The translations under genes were made by a program, and so were the position numbers. The notes under the pieces were generated by a model, which had not been told where the DNA came from, did no database searches, and was given only the letters and a program-made list of their open reading frames with translations. Positions 1 to 15,746 of a DNA stretch of 64,000 nt are shown one piece after another (the first letter of the stretch is position 1; each line of letters opens with the position of its first letter). The stretch is taken from contig NW_027192202.1 of the NCBI RefSeq assembly GCF_041956535.1, forward strand, positions 203,529 to 267,528. Reading direction: 5' to 3'. The DNA is from Calcarisporiella thermophila CBS 279.70 (taxonomy: Eukaryota; Fungi; Calcarisporiellomycota).

Positions 1-95
1 TTTTCGTGAAACAGGGCTTGAGGGATTACGTGGCTTGGCTTGGTTGTCCTACTGCAGATATCTCGATACGATTCCAACATTCCAAAATCAGAGCG

Positions 96-167
96 GGTCC
101 TATGGTGTAATCGGTAGCACCCAGGACTTTGAATCCTGTAACCTGAGTTCGATTCTCAGTGGGACCA
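96..167 (+). tRNA. tRNA-Gln (anticodon TTG), intronless
   Basis: Acceptor stem GGTCCTA/TGGGACC, D-arm, anticodon arm CAGGA-CTTTGAA-TCCTG, T-arm CTGAG-TTCGATT-CTCAG; followed directly by a T7 Pol III terminator. Confidence 0.96.
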
Positions 168-1729
168 TTTTTTTCATTTTGATTATATTCTACTTAAGAT
201 TTTACTTCCCGCGTTAAATAAATCTATGATATAGCTTAATTATAATAAAATTTAAGGACACAATTATAATTGCTTTTTCAATTTTTCGAGAGTGGATCAT
301 TAGAATATTTATTAGTATGTAATCTTAAAATTTTTTATGTACATTTCATCTATCGTGAGGAATGGTGTCGATAAATTACCGGGATAATATTATTACCCAG
401 TTTGCTCATCCGGCCTACGTAAGTGCCACTAGTAGTTTGGTGGGCAGTTTGAAGTAACGCACGCATTTGCTGTTGCATGGCATAATTTTCATTGTGTTTT
501 CGCAATACCTGTTAGAGTAAATTACAACTTATAAGCTAAAGATCAAAATGCAATGTAAAGCTAATTAATACATCATGGTGTGATCGTGATGATTCCTGTT
601 GCGAAAAGGACTGATTAAAAGATATTTGTTCGCCATTCATTTTTCATAGAATAAGAAATACGTCGATTTGTCAAATTTAAGTAGCAGCCGTTTTATCCGA
701 ATTGATTGCTGAATAATTCGCTATTCTATGAAATGCGGCGTATAAAAAACAATATGAGTGTCAATCACAACAACAAACTCGAAGTATGCAATCTTAGTAG
801 TTTGTCTTGATATATTTTATTTTTAGTCACTTAGGAAACATCAGTATACTTGCTGATAATTAATAATACTACACTTCAAAATATCTATTGTTGCTTTTAT
901 ATATTCTCGTTTCATCAGTAGAAGTATATTTTATTGAATGATTGCTATTGCTCTATAATTCAAAGTAGACTGGTAAAATGCGAACATTCGAAAAAGAGTA
1001 AAATCTAGCATTATTAGAGCCATATTTTGATAAACAAGTTATTATATCTTTCATAACTAAAGTAGAGGCAATTGCTGATATATATGTTTAGGGCCTTGGC
1101 CGTTGCATACTTCCGTAAAATAAATGTGCACTCGGCAAATAGGTTTTATGTTAAGTTACCTCATAGCTTTATTATTATCCAGATACCCATCATTTTTTGA
1201 GATTCTCTGAGAAGAAAATACGAACAAATGTTAGATGGTCCATAAACTCTTCAAATTTACATGCTGATTATGCGAACTCCAGTTACACCTATAAAATTGA
1301 AGGTAGTAGGGAGGATAATTTACACCGTCAGGGTGAGCCTTAAGTTTTTCTTAATCATAGCTCAATCAGTGCATGATCTGCAATTAATCTTACTGTGACA
1401 AACGATCAATCAAATTAGTTGGATGAGTCTTGAGTTTGAGATTTATTAAGGAATCTACCAAGATTAGCAAAATCGGCTCTAATACTTACCCTATACCACT
1501 AAGGTAATCTAGACAAACATAACGAATGAGTCAAGAAATATTTGAAACCTTAGCTTTTTTCCTTATTTTATGGGCACCTCGAACCAATAACCGTGCGGAC
1601 AAAAAAAGAAAAATTTTACTAGCTTGTCCTTATTATCTTATATATAAACAAAAATTTTTTGATTTTTTTTGTTTTTCTGTTTTCTTTTTATCTTTCTTTT
1701 GCCCATTAATCAAATTATACCTGTTCACA

Positions 1730-3849
<2,120 letters not shown>

Positions 3850-5018
3850 TTTACTTACAGTGAGCAAGAAACCTGAAAGCTCAGCTGAGTATTCATATAT
3901 TATATAATATATTACCTTTACATTTGGTATTTAGGCTAGTATCCCTTTTTTATATAGAGCTATTAGCAAATGATTGATTTTTTTTTTATTCAATGTTCTA
4001 TACCCCCTTCTCTTCCTTCACTTATATAATAATATATAGCATATCATTATCGTTGCAGTTTTTTATTTGCATTTCAGCATTATTTTCTTATATAGACTTT
4101 TTAAAGTTGGAAAGGATTTTTTTCTCATGGGTTTAGGGCTTGTTGGCATAGATTTCTTTTGGCCTATGTAATTTTTATATTGCTCTTACACCTCCATTTC
4201 TTTTAAAAGAGAAATCCTTTTATTTTTCTGACTTTGTATGATTGCTACGGTAATGGTTTTATATATTTAAATTATTGTTTTTTATTTGCGTGGTTTAGAA
4301 CATTGAAGAGTCCTTTATTCTCATTTTGTTAACAAGTTATTGATATGCTTTTATTCCTAATAGCTATGATATAATAAATAATTGAAAATGAACTTCAAAC
4401 GCCAAATAGCTCCAGCATACAGGAGAATCGAACATAGATTTAAACCTTTACAGATAAATTCTAGTAAAAGAAGAATTTAAACAGAATCTAGAGAATATAG
4501 CAACGATTAACACTCCCCCCCAAAAAAAATCGAAGTTTCCCATTAACGCCATCGTATTTTTTTATTTAAGATATCCTTTTAACCACATTTTATTTTGTTA
4601 TTATTATTGTTTTTACTTTATTCGACTCAAAGTCTGACAGGATTAAATTACCGTTAGAATTCTAACAGTGGAACCTATTAAAACACTGTATTCAATATAC
4701 CTATTTGTATCCTCTGCGCTTGATTACACAAAGCATTGCTTGATACATTATTACACTCTGAATTAATAAAAAATACCAGTTTATATGCATATTTCGAGCT
4801 GGATGTGTCTATGTTATTATCCAAATGTTCTATAGTTGCTAACTTTTCTCACTAGCCTCTGATTCTAATAGGGAGAGAAACAGGCCTTAGCTCTTCCACT
4901 CTTTAATATTCTCACTTACCACTCCTTCACAAGTCGAGAGCGACAAAATACGCTCCTTATTAAACTGCCTTCAAATCGACCCTCTCACCACATTGGCCCT
5001 TATGAACCGAAAAAACGT

Positions 5019-7853
5019 ATGGTGACACGCTATTTGCTAGCTACTACCAAAGGTTTGTTGATAGAATATTACACTCCACATTCAGTTAATCTAAGATTTA
5101 AAATCAAACAGACGCCGTCAATGTATATTCATATGGGCTTGAGAAGAGGGGAGATCAATCCCTTCATTTTTCTTTCCCATTCGAAATATCTTTTAATATC
5201 TCTCTTCCTTCTTTTCTTGGTCGCTCGTACATACTCTGTTAGTGTCGATATTCCCTTTTCCATAGAGGTTGCTAAACCTATCCCTGCCCAGTATGCAACG
5301 CGTGGAAAGGAATTTTCTTATACTATCGATAGCAGTACTTTTGCTGTTAGCACCTCAGGGTTCGGTTCCAGTAATGTGATCCAACAAAGACCTTCTACAG
5401 TATTGAACCTGACCCTTTCCCTTAGCCCCGACGGAAGTCAACCTCCACCTGCTTGGTTGAATTTTGATAAAGGACTATGGACAATGGAAGGCACACCACC
5501 CCCGGATGCATATTCCTTTACTGCGTACATCCTTGCAGCAGGTGCAGTAACTAATACACTTGTGATCCCATTTCAACTTATTGTCAACAATCATCCGCCA
5601 CCAAAAATAATACGACAACCATCCGATCAAATGGTTTTCTTTGGACAGTATGTGCAGTTTGCGATTGCAAATGGGGATATTGTAACAGATTTTGGCGGAG
5701 GAAATCTACTCTACACTGCTGCTTATGAAGCCAGATGGTTGAATTTTCAGGCGGAAAACCTTATTTTTAGAGGAATTGCTCCTTTACCTGATGTTTCGGG
5801 ACAGGCTCAAAACTTTTCTATAATTCTGACTGCAAAAGATATCTATAAAGGGTCAACCTCAGTCCAATTTCGAGTATTAATATTACCAGATCCGAAAGGC
5901 GATTCGATCCCAATAGGTGCTGGTTTGAACCCATTCCCTACGAGAGCACCACCAAATAACGCTGCCACCTCCACACTTCCAACTTCAACTACTTTTCAAC
6001 AACAGCAAGACCAACAAATTGGCTCACTCCCTTTGGCGATAGTAGTTGCCTTGACCGTAGCATCTGTGATTGCAGTAACTCTAATCGGGGTGGTATTTTG
6101 TGCTTGTATGTGCTGGTTCCGTAAGACATCGCCTTCCGCAAAATTGAGAAGGAACCGTCAATCAGAGAAAGGATTTACAGGCATCCGCTATCCTTATTGG
6201 AACCCGCGTTTTAAATGGCATCGTCGCTCCAGACACTTACCAGATGACTACTATACTTGTGTTTCACCGCTTCCTGACGCTTATTCAACACGAAATCTCG
6301 GGGATCCAGGCGTGTTTATGTCGTGTAGCAGAAATACAAGTCGAGAAAGTGAATTGTTTATGGCCAACATTGACCAGCATTCTGTTTTTAATCCCCCGTG
6401 TTCCCAACACTGCTATCCTCTACACCTTCCATATTATTGTCATAATCACGAGACAAGATGGCATGATAACAGGCGGCGACACACCGTATATGGAGAGCCA
6501 CATACAAGCCTCGATCGATTGGATCCTGTCGCATATAGACAACATCGGCATAGCATGGACGTGCTTTCTTCAGATAGTGACTGGCAATGCACTATCATCC
6601 CTCGCCAACCATATCAAGCGCGCAAGCATTTATCCATTTCGCCTATATATACTGAATCTAAGGCTCAACCTTGGATTAACCATGAGAATCGCGTGCAACA
6701 ACGTCAAAAAACTGGGGCAAATTATAACAACAAAGAGCCTTACAATTTCTATCGCGAGCATCTTCGGTGCACTACGATTAGTGCTCTTGCCGAATTAACA
6801 GATGGATCCCAGTTCTTCGAGTCTGTTCTGGCAACCCAAGAGCAAGAAGGGAGTTTAGAAAATAGGCAAAATAACAGTTACTTGTGTGAAAATGACCAAG
6901 AGGGTGTTATTATGTGCGAAAAAAAGAATAGAGAGAGAGGCTGGGTGAAGCACTTGAATCAATACAGGCAAAAAAAGGATTTACTAAGCGAAGTAGGAAA
7001 CGAGTGGAAGGAAGCCCAGAGTAGAATTGTGTTTGCTAAGCAATCTGATTCGCCACAGGAGCGGAACAGTAGAAAGTGCATAGATAAGTGTATCGATGAA
7101 TCTTATGGGTATGATATTGCAGCAAATATCGTGGAGGAAGAAAGCGGCCTCGAGAAATCTGGATTGTCTCTCGCACAAAATATAATAGATTCGAGTGAAG
7201 ATAGTAATTACACTCGCCCAACTTTGCCTTCGCAACCCTCACCAATAGTTCGATCTTTTTCTTCTTTTCGTCTTACACTGAACAGAAATAATCCTTTCGC
7301 ACGAGACTGGGTCCCTTCATCTCTTGCTCCCACTTCAAATGCTTCTCCCAACAAGGATGGGAATGTAACAGCAGATAAAGATACATTAAATAGGGAGAGA
7401 ACAGTTCGACAAGGAGCTTCATCGGCACTAGTGAAGAATTGGGGACCAATACACACCGCAGCTTCAAGACCTACTCTGCCTGAGCTCAACATCCAAGCGC
7501 TAAACAACGTTCAAACTAGCAAGTTTGTTAACTCTTCTCAAACCTCCTGCTACGTTTCTTACCCTACCACAACAAATGCACACACGTCTTCTATTGTAAC
7601 ACCGTCATTTCATACTGCTTTGGAGGAGGATAGGTGCGAAAACCATCTTAATGGCACAGAGCAAGATGATTCTACAGAAATTTCTTTTGGCAAATTTGAA
7701 TGGGAGACGAAATCTAATTGGGATGATTATGACAGCGGTCCGCCAACACCTAAGTTGAGAACCGTGAAGATGGAGTTGGTCTCCAAGAAACTGGGAAACG
7801 AATTTTCCCATTCACAACAAAAGGAAGAAGATTGGATCTATTTTGAAAAATAA
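5019..7853 (+). CDS. Type I membrane protein with cadherin-like/He_PIG Ig repeats, Axl2-like; true start may be ATG 5121
   Basis: Intronless 944-aa ORF; signal-like stretch YLLISLFLLFLVA; repeats such as PPAWLNFD..TMEGTPP and WLNFQ..LIFRGIAP; TM helix LAIVVALTVASVIAVTLIGVVF; long disordered tail. Confidence 0.7.
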   Translation: MVTRYLLATTKGLLIEYYTPHSVNLRFKIKQTPSMYIHMGLRRGEINPFIFLSHSKYLLISLFLLFLVARTYSVSVDIPFSIEVAKPIPAQYATRGKEFSYTIDSSTFAVSTSGFGSSNVIQQRPSTVLNLTLSLSPDGSQPPPAWLNFDKGLWTMEGTPPPDAYSFTAYILAAGAVTNTLVIPFQLIVNNHPPPKIIRQPSDQMVFFGQYVQFAIANGDIVTDFGGGNLLYTAAYEARWLNFQAENLIFRGIAPLPDVSGQAQNFSIILTAKDIYKGSTSVQFRVLILPDPKGDSIPIGAGLNPFPTRAPPNNAATSTLPTSTTFQQQQDQQIGSLPLAIVVALTVASVIAVTLIGVVFCACMCWFRKTSPSAKLRRNRQSEKGFTGIRYPYWNPRFKWHRRSRHLPDDYYTCVSPLPDAYSTRNLGDPGVFMSCSRNTSRESELFMANIDQHSVFNPPCSQHCYPLHLPYYCHNHETRWHDNRRRHTVYGEPHTSLDRLDPVAYRQHRHSMDVLSSDSDWQCTIIPRQPYQARKHLSISPIYTESKAQPWINHENRVQQRQKTGANYNNKEPYNFYREHLRCTTISALAELTDGSQFFESVLATQEQEGSLENRQNNSYLCENDQEGVIMCEKKNRERGWVKHLNQYRQKKDLLSEVGNEWKEAQSRIVFAKQSDSPQERNSRKCIDKCIDESYGYDIAANIVEEESGLEKSGLSLAQNIIDSSEDSNYTRPTLPSQPSPIVRSFSSFRLTLNRNNPFARDWVPSSLAPTSNASPNKDGNVTADKDTLNRERTVRQGASSALVKNWGPIHTAASRPTLPELNIQALNNVQTSKFVNSSQTSCYVSYPTTTNAHTSSIVTPSFHTALEEDRCENHLNGTEQDDSTEISFGKFEWETKSNWDDYDSGPPTPKLRTVKMELVSKKLGNEFSHSQQKEEDWIYFEK

Positions 7854-8331
7854 GAGAGCGTGTATTTTTAATTCTTTAACTATTAATTTTTTTATTAGTA
7901 AATAGGAAAGTTATTATTTTAACTCTATTATCATTTTTAATACCAGGTTTCAATGACCTTACCCCTGTCAATTCTTTAATGCTTGTTTAATAATATTCGT
8001 ATAAAATAGCACAAATTTCGGTAATAACACCCAAAGTATCTCGAAATGCAAGCTTCTAGGAGAAACTTCATTTTTTCCTAAGTTTATCCTTTGGGAAAGC
8101 GATTTGGCGATTGATACGGCCTTTCTAGAGCTTAAAAAATATATATATGTGAACAATGCTGTTGTTTATCTGCTCTAATCTGAAAAAAAAAAAATCGAAA
8201 TATCAAGACTATAATGCATTCGTTACACTCTAGCATGTTGTTTAGGCAATATAATTAAATTGGCGGCAAATCCCAAGTCACAGTTGTTGACATTTTATTA
8301 GAACTCTTCTGTATACCCTACATATACTCAA

Positions 8332-9584
8332 ATGAATGGCGTCAAGACACTCCCACGGCTGCCAGCTGTACGAGATCTAGTCAAAATCTACGGCTTAACT
8401 GCACGCCAGAGATTGAGTCAGAATTTTATACTTGACAAAAATGTCACTGGTAATTATCATTCTCTAAGAGGCTTTGTTACTTCACAAAATTTATTCCCCA
8501 TTTTCTCTCTATAAAGATAAGATTGTAAAATCTGTAAACTTGAAACCCTCTGAGTTCGTTGTTGAGATTGGACCGGGCCCAGGGCTGTTGACAAGATCTA
8601 TATTAGATATGGGTGTGGAGAATGTGGTGGTTGTTGAAAGGGATGAGCGGTTCCTACCCACACTAAAGGTATATGTCTAGTTTCCCAAGGCAGAAGATCC
8701 TGTAGACTTATTTCAGTAAATTTAATAGCAACTTGCAGATGCATCCGATGGAAGATTAAAGGTTTGTAATATAGTAATTAGAATATTAGATTGAATCTAT
8801 ATTGTCAAGCATAATAGATTCTCCACGGCAATATGCTTACAATTAATCACGATGATATTTTAAGAGCAGCCAATGTCAAAGGTAGCTCTTCGGTTTACCT
8901 CACAACTTTCCTCTTATGATAATTCGCCTAATTGTTCAATATTAATTTATTAGATACGGCACCTCTGCATCTCCTTGGAAATCTTCCATTTAACATAGCC
9001 ACTCCTTTATTACTCCAATGGCTTCATCGCCTCCACACTAGATCCGGACTATTCTCTCTCGCTTCTCCCGCAAAAATGACTCTCATGTTTCAGAAAGAAG
9101 TTGGTGAACGCATTTGCGCAGAACCTGGAAGAAGAGAGAGAGGTCGGCTATCTGTAATGTCGCAGGCATTTTGTGAAGTAAAGAGAGTATATGACGTTGC
9201 AAATACCGTCTTTGTGCCAAAACCAAAAGTCGATGCAGCGGTTATTCAGTTTCTAGAACGCCAAACAACTGGCGTGAAATATTACGATGCGCTCGAAGAT
9301 GTAGCAAGATATTTTTTCACTCATCGCCGAAAGACAATCGGCCATATTTCAAAGTATGATATCTCTAGCAAAATTTCATATGTTTGGACTCAATGAAGCT
9401 CTTCGCTAACTAAATATTTCTCTTTTAATTTTGATTGATAATGTTCAGAAAACTTAAAGGTATAATTCCCCAATTCTCACTTCCCGAAGAATGGGATCCT
9501 ATGCTACGGCCGGAGGATTTGAGCACTGAACAGTTCATAATGTTGAGCGGGAAGATAGGAGAAATGGGACGAAGGTTACCTTAA
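8332..9584 (+). CDS. Mitochondrial rRNA dimethyladenosine transferase (KsgA family, TFB1M-like), 6 exons
   Basis: LPRLPAVRDLVKIYGL..LSQNFILD, VVEIGPGPGLLTR, GNLPFNIATPL, FQKEV, FVPKPKVDAAV, LRPEDLS; canonical introns join the ORF pieces. Confidence 0.88.
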
Positions 9585-9782
9585 GAAATAGAGAGCATTG
9601 TTCGTAATTGTATAATATATTTATTCCATAATATCATTGAAGACACGAGGAAAGCAAATAAAAACACGAGAAAAAAAATAAAATAAAATGAAAAATGAAA
9701 GGCGAAAAAAATAAATGAAATAAAATCTATGTGAAAATGGAGGAAAAAAATACATTTAGAAAGGTCGACAAAAAATAGTCCA

Positions 9783-11684
9783 TTAAACAGCAAGCTTCTT
9801 CCCGTCAGGTACAATTGTATCCTATAAAAGCATTAACAGAATATGTATTACTATATGAAGATATGAGGAAAAATATTTGGCTACAATTGTCACTTACGTC
9901 TTCAGCTTTTCTTTTCAACGCGTTTTCCTCATCTCCAACATTGACTGAAATTGTCGCGGTGGCTACAGTGGTAACAGTAGTACCAGCCCTTGACGCATCG
10001 GAATAACATGTAGCATGATAGATCTTCCCATTAAGTTCCACCGCGTTTAAGTACATCCACTCCTCATCAGCATCACTCCAAACACTACGGAATTTTTCAT
10101 GACAGATCGGGCATGGGCCGGGATCACTCTCTGGAACTATTACTTTCGAGGCCTGCTCTTGGACTGAAGAGTCTTCATCAACAGTAGGTTTATTATCAAA
10201 TTCAAAAATTGGTGCTATCCAAAGATATGGAATAAGAAAAAAAATTGAGTACTAGTTGCAATAGGAGGGAAATATAATAAAGTACCTTGAGATTCTACGC
10301 CTTCTGCCGCCCGCTGTTTTATCCATTGCTCCTCCAGGGCGAACCAGGTTCGAGATTGCCCTCGCTTTTTCTCACGCGTACGACGGTTTTGTCGAAAATG
10401 CCAATCAAGATGCTCGTCCATTTGGGCCTTTCCTGCAGGCGTATTGGGGTACCGAAAACCGCACTGCTTACATTGAAGGGGTTGGGACTCGTAGAGAAGA
10501 GTAATTGCAACTGTGTTTCGCCTATAAATTAATAATAAAAAAGATAAAAAAAAAATAGTGTAAATTTAATTTGTCCGAGAGGTTTATGTGGGTATAAGAA
10601 AAAAAGAAGGGATTCGTATTTCATTATTATTGGAAACATAAAAAGGATGATTCGTGTATTTTGAAAACATAAAGATAACATACTTTTGCAAATCAGCATT
10701 GGAAAATGTGATGATTCCTATATCTTTAACGGTCAATTCAGTCGGGTTTTTCTCAACTGCTATCTGCGCTGACTGTGCCAATTGAGGGATTGGGGTAGAA
10801 GGTGCGGACTGCGTAGGCTGAACAAGTTGTATTGGTTGAGATGTGGGGAGACCTCCCGATATTCCATTAAGGAGAAGACTGCTAAGCCATGCGCTCGGAT
10901 CCACGCCAGCAGGAGCACTGGATACAAGAGTGGAGATAGAAGTAAGATCTGGAAGAGTACCATTGAATGAAAGTATGGAGCCAGCTTGAGAAGCAAGTGG
11001 AGTGGAGGTAGGGTATGTAGGGGCGGAGGTGATACGAGAGTTTTGGTGGGAAGTGAATGGCGGTGCGGTCTAAAACAAATTAAATAAATGCGTCAAATAA
11101 AAAATATTTCAGTATACACAGCAGTTATCTTGAATAATTACCTGTGCATTTCCATAGCTCTGCTGCAGCGATGGCCCACGACCCGGTCCCCGTAATTCAT
11201 GCATCGATCTTTCGATTTGATCGATTATTTCGTAAGCAAATACTGGGCGTCCATCGCGCCAGCTCCGCCATGTTCCAAGAAGCTTCTCCATGCTCCGACG
11301 TGTCTGCGGGTCGACGCGGGAGTATGTGTCCATAAAAAGATTGCGAATACTACGAGAGAAGATGTTGATGTATGCCCCACCAACATTCTTGCAAATGGAA
11401 TCAAGGAGATAAAGTGCAGGAAGTTTTTGTGTTGGATGTGCCTGGAAATATTGTGGAAATATTGTAGAAATATTAAATACAAAGACTTTCATCTAACCTT
11501 TGGAAAAAGAACTTACACTGTATATCCGCTCCTCAACGGCTTGAGCTATAGCGGGTGCAGCAAACTTGTTCTCTTGTGCGAGAATGGTAAGGGAATCGAT
11601 GATGGGCTTGGAGTTGAAAGTAAGATCAGCAAGAGTTGCCTGGTAGTCTTGGCGGATAACCTCAACACTATTTGTGCTCGTCAT
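9783..11684 (-). CDS. PCF11: mRNA 3'-end processing factor Pcf11 (CID domain plus two zinc fingers), 6 exons
   Basis: LADLTFNSKPIIDSLTILAQE, KLPALYLLDSICKNVG; zinc fingers QCKQCGFRY..HLDWHF and CPICHEKF..WMYLNAV..YHATC. Confidence 0.92.
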
Positions 11685-12984
11685 AGTGTCTTACACTCCT
11701 CAAAGGGAAAAGAGATAAACAAAAATAATTGCTCTTAAAAAAATATAAAAGATCAAGCGTAAAAATAAAATATAATTTCCTATTTTCTTACTATTTATAC
11801 TTTTTTTTTCAATTTTACCTTCTTTATAAACAGAAGAGAAAATATAAAAGATCAGATCAAGTTTCTCTCCTCCCGTTCAAAGAAAGAAAGATCCGGCTAA
11901 AAGAGATCAGTAGCTCAGTCAACAAAGCGAAAGTTTTTATTTTTTCTATCTTTACAAAAATTATAAATCGAGTGATTATGCAAACTATTTGAAGCAGCCC
12001 CTTTTATGAATCCACAAAGTAGCTCAGGTAGTGTTTGGAAAAGGTGAAGGGGGAGTAAAAATAAAAGACACAAGCTAACAAAGTCCTAATCACTTGGATT
12101 GGGAAGTAAATTATTTGAGAACTGCAAAAGAGAGCGTAGAAGAATCGAGACGAGGGTACATTTATAAATATCTTTGATGACGTAGTTATCTCATCACTGG
12201 ATAGTAATAAGATATTTTGAAACTATTTATGGATTCAATGGTTCTAAAATACCTACAATGTCTCTGCGATATCTGGACAAAAATTGATTCACCCTCAACC
12301 TATGAAATTTTCAAACCTAGAATATAGCATTTTTCTAAGTCAATCCTATTTCCCTTGATAACTGCTCTTAATTGATGGGATTGGTATTGTCAGATCAAAA
12401 CAATGCTGCATTCTCATGAATTTAAGTCTATCTTTGAGAGGTTTCTTGCATAAACTCAGAGCCTAATCTGTCCAATTAAGACCACGGATATTAATATTCT
12501 CAAGTCTGGCAAAAGGAAACAATTTGAGCACCTATTCAGGAATGCTAGAGTTAGATGATGCATTTTCCCAACGCAGCTTCATCATGAGTGAATGAGAGCA
12601 AGTTAGTAGGACAGCCATGATCGAAGTCACTATGCACTGTGCCGCTGTAGGGAAGAGTCTCGAAGTGATAAGTATTAAGTGTAAATTTAGAAATGGCGCC
12701 CAGTGACGTAAATATCCACAATCGAGTTATGCAAGATATTTTTTCGATTCGATGTATTTTTATTTTTCAAAACTTCAACGGTTGAACAATCACTGTCAGT
12801 TTAAATACTCTTTATTCGTGTTGTGTGAGCGCGTGCCATATTTACTTTCTATCCCACTCCTATCCAATTAGGAAGATCCTTAAAAATTCCACATTGGAAT
12901 GTTTTGCTAAAATTGGCTACAAAAGTTTTTTTCATCATCTGGATCCCTTTTTCTGTCTGATCGATTTTGTCATAACATCAGAGA

Positions 12985-14238
12985 ATGTACAATCTCAAAC
13001 GATATTATTACCGAAACCCCCTAGTACTCCTTGGACTTCTCTTCTCTAGCGATGTTCATGTCACGCTTGCACAAGATTTACACCGACGCCAAAGTAATTC
13101 TCTCCACCTCATCATCCATTGATACAATCTCATTATATTTTATTTATAGATTCATGTAGCGGAGGAAGTGACAACCTTTACTGTAGCCCACAGCCTAACT
13201 CTCTTTGGAGAATTAACAGCACACAAAAGATCATCTGGAACAATCTCAACCCTACCATCGCGCCTGCTACCGAAGTAATCATCTGGTTGTTCTTCAAAGA
13301 AAATAATGTATTTGTCCCAACCTATCAATGGCAAGCCCAGAATACTGGCACTAAAGAAGTTGTGGTGATACCGGATGTCATTTCAAAACAAAAGTTGCCT
13401 GGTCCTGTGGATAAAAATCTTACATACGTGCTGCAAATTTTACGGGTAGATGATGAACAGTCGAATAATCCAAAGCCTAGAAGTCCCGAATTCTTCATCC
13501 TTCGTAAGTATTAAAAAATGCAACCACAACTGAACTGATAATAACCATCCCATATGCATTTTAGAACCAGCTTCAGCGCCTAAGATAGCTATTTACACTT
13601 CTTCAATTCCTTCTGTCTCTGAAATTGCATCTGCACCATCTCCTACTTCACCTCCCGGTACCCTATCAACACCTACTTCAACTTCCACCTCACTACCCCC
13701 TTGGGCTATCGGCGTAATTAGCGCTGCCTGTGTGGCCTTCATTGCGTTAATGGCACTTGGGCTTTTTATGTGGTCACGACGCCGGCGGTGGCAATCACTA
13801 GACAACATAGCGCAACACCCAAACAATTCCGAGATGCCTATTATTATAACACCGCCCTTCGCTCGAGGAGAGAAAGGGGACAATCATTCGGATCTCTCAT
13901 ATCCAAACTCTACCTTAACTTCAGCCACAACGGGTGAATTAAGGCAGCCCCACTCAGACAATCCAACGGCGGATGCTGAAACACGTGTGCGAGGAAGTAG
14001 TCCATTAGCATTTACCACCCCAATGGCTATTGCTGGTAACGATCCCGTAGCTCAGGAGGAAGCACGTCGAAAACACGGAGAGGAATTGCTATTGAAGGAA
14101 TTGCAGGATGAAGGCACTCAGATACAAGGAGTTTCGCTACGACAAACTGTGCTCAAGCGAGTGGAAACTGGGCTTTCTGGACAAATGAGCGTCGAGGAGC
14201 AGGAGAGAGAAACACTGGGAGACAAAAACCAAGACTGA
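12985..14238 (+). CDS. Uncharacterised type I membrane protein (signal peptide, Ig-like/Kre9-like N-domain, S/T/P stalk, TM helix), 3 exons
   Basis: Exon 1 MYNLKRYYYRNPLVLLGLLFSS..; exon 2 CSPQPNSLWRINSTQKIIWN; exon 3 LPPWAIGVISAACVAFIALMALGLFMW followed by RRRR; GT-AG introns keep the frame. Confidence 0.7.
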
Positions 14239-14604
14239 CAATGAACTATCCTCCATATATATCTAAATAATATTGTAGCTTATTCCTTTTGTTTTAGTTT
14301 TTTTTTCGATTCACATATATCTCTCCTTTAATTTGATTGTTTATTATTGACGCTGACTTTATTATGATTATTTTATCATATTTATTCCCTCCTTTGAATT
14401 TTTTTATCCTTCTTATATTTAACTAGCTCCTTGTATAAATAGAATAAGCTGTTGTTGTTTTCTCATTCATATGCACGCTCCCTCTTCTACTGAATATTTC
14501 CACCAGATTAAACAACAATTTATTATCGAGATTATCCAGTTTTGGTTTAGTTGATAATATAACATAATATAAAACTCTATTATATACAAATATTCTCTAG
14601 TGGA

Positions 14605-15746
14605 TCAAGATAATGTGGAAGCCTCCCTTAGTTTCTGCAATAGACTGGGAATAGCGTCTGATTTATACTCGCTCCAATATTCGTAGAGAGTAAGTATTTC
14701 TTGTGTGATTTCCATTATCTGTAAGTGGAGTCAAAATACTTAATTTCTCCAAGCAATAACTTCAAAATCACTCTCAAAGACATACTTCCTCTACTTCCAC
14801 GTTTAAATCAGCAAACCATTGCTTCATGTCCCGTCCTTTACTTTCGCCCAAATACTCACCCCCATGATCCAGCACACAAGTCATAAATATGGCTGCCAGC
14901 GCAATCATGTGTGGAGGATACAATAAGCAGACATCGGTTCTATATGAGTCGTTTATAATAAACCATGCGTGCTGAATGCCCAAATCTCGCATACCAAGCT
15001 CTTTGGCAATGGACAGGAGAGTGCGGTAAGGATGCCAGACAATTAGATGGAATTCAAGTTCCTCAAGAAGATAAAACTCAAATTCAGCAACTTTGGCGCT
15101 ATCATAGTTGAAACCCCCGTATTCTTCAGTGAAGGCATAGCCGTAAGTTGAATGTGATGAATAATACATATGGAGATGTAAAATGGTTACTACCTTGCAT
15201 CAGTGCGCGCATTTCAGCCACAACCGTCTTAATATGCAATGGGCACTCCTCGATCTTGCAAGCCAAATAGACGCATGTTGTTAGCACGAGATATGGATCA
15301 GTTCTACAAAAGCAATTCCTTTATCAAACCAAAAACAGGATTAGCAAAGTAGCCGAAGACATTTTAAAAAGTGTAAGCTACTTTGTATAAAAACGTTTAA
15401 AGTAGACAAAAGCCGTGGCAATAACTTGCTGACGCAAGGAAAGCCGCTTTCCCAATTTTTGAATAACTTAAAAGAGAGAGAAATTGAAGTCAATAGAGGT
15501 TCCTTGTATATTACTAAGAATAAATATTACTATTCGCAAACCAAATCTTAATTTTTAATAGATCAGATGCTGAGGCATGTCTGAGGTCCTCGCGTTGACT
15601 GTGAATTAAACGATTTCTATCGAGTAACCAATGTGCTCTGTCGGGCGAAAATAATAGGATGAAATAAAAAAAGGAAATGAAAAAACGTCAAAAAAGCCTT
15701 CTTCGATTCTTTACCTCTGTGTCGACGCCCAAAAGTTAGCTGCCAT
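14605..15746 (-). CDS. SSN8: Cyclin C (Mediator kinase module), 6 exons
   Basis: [10 protein letters not shown] start, [72 protein letters not shown]. Confidence 0.93.

Noticed and set aside
35-217. 60-aa ORF
   Set aside because: It overlaps the tRNA-Gln gene and is spurious.
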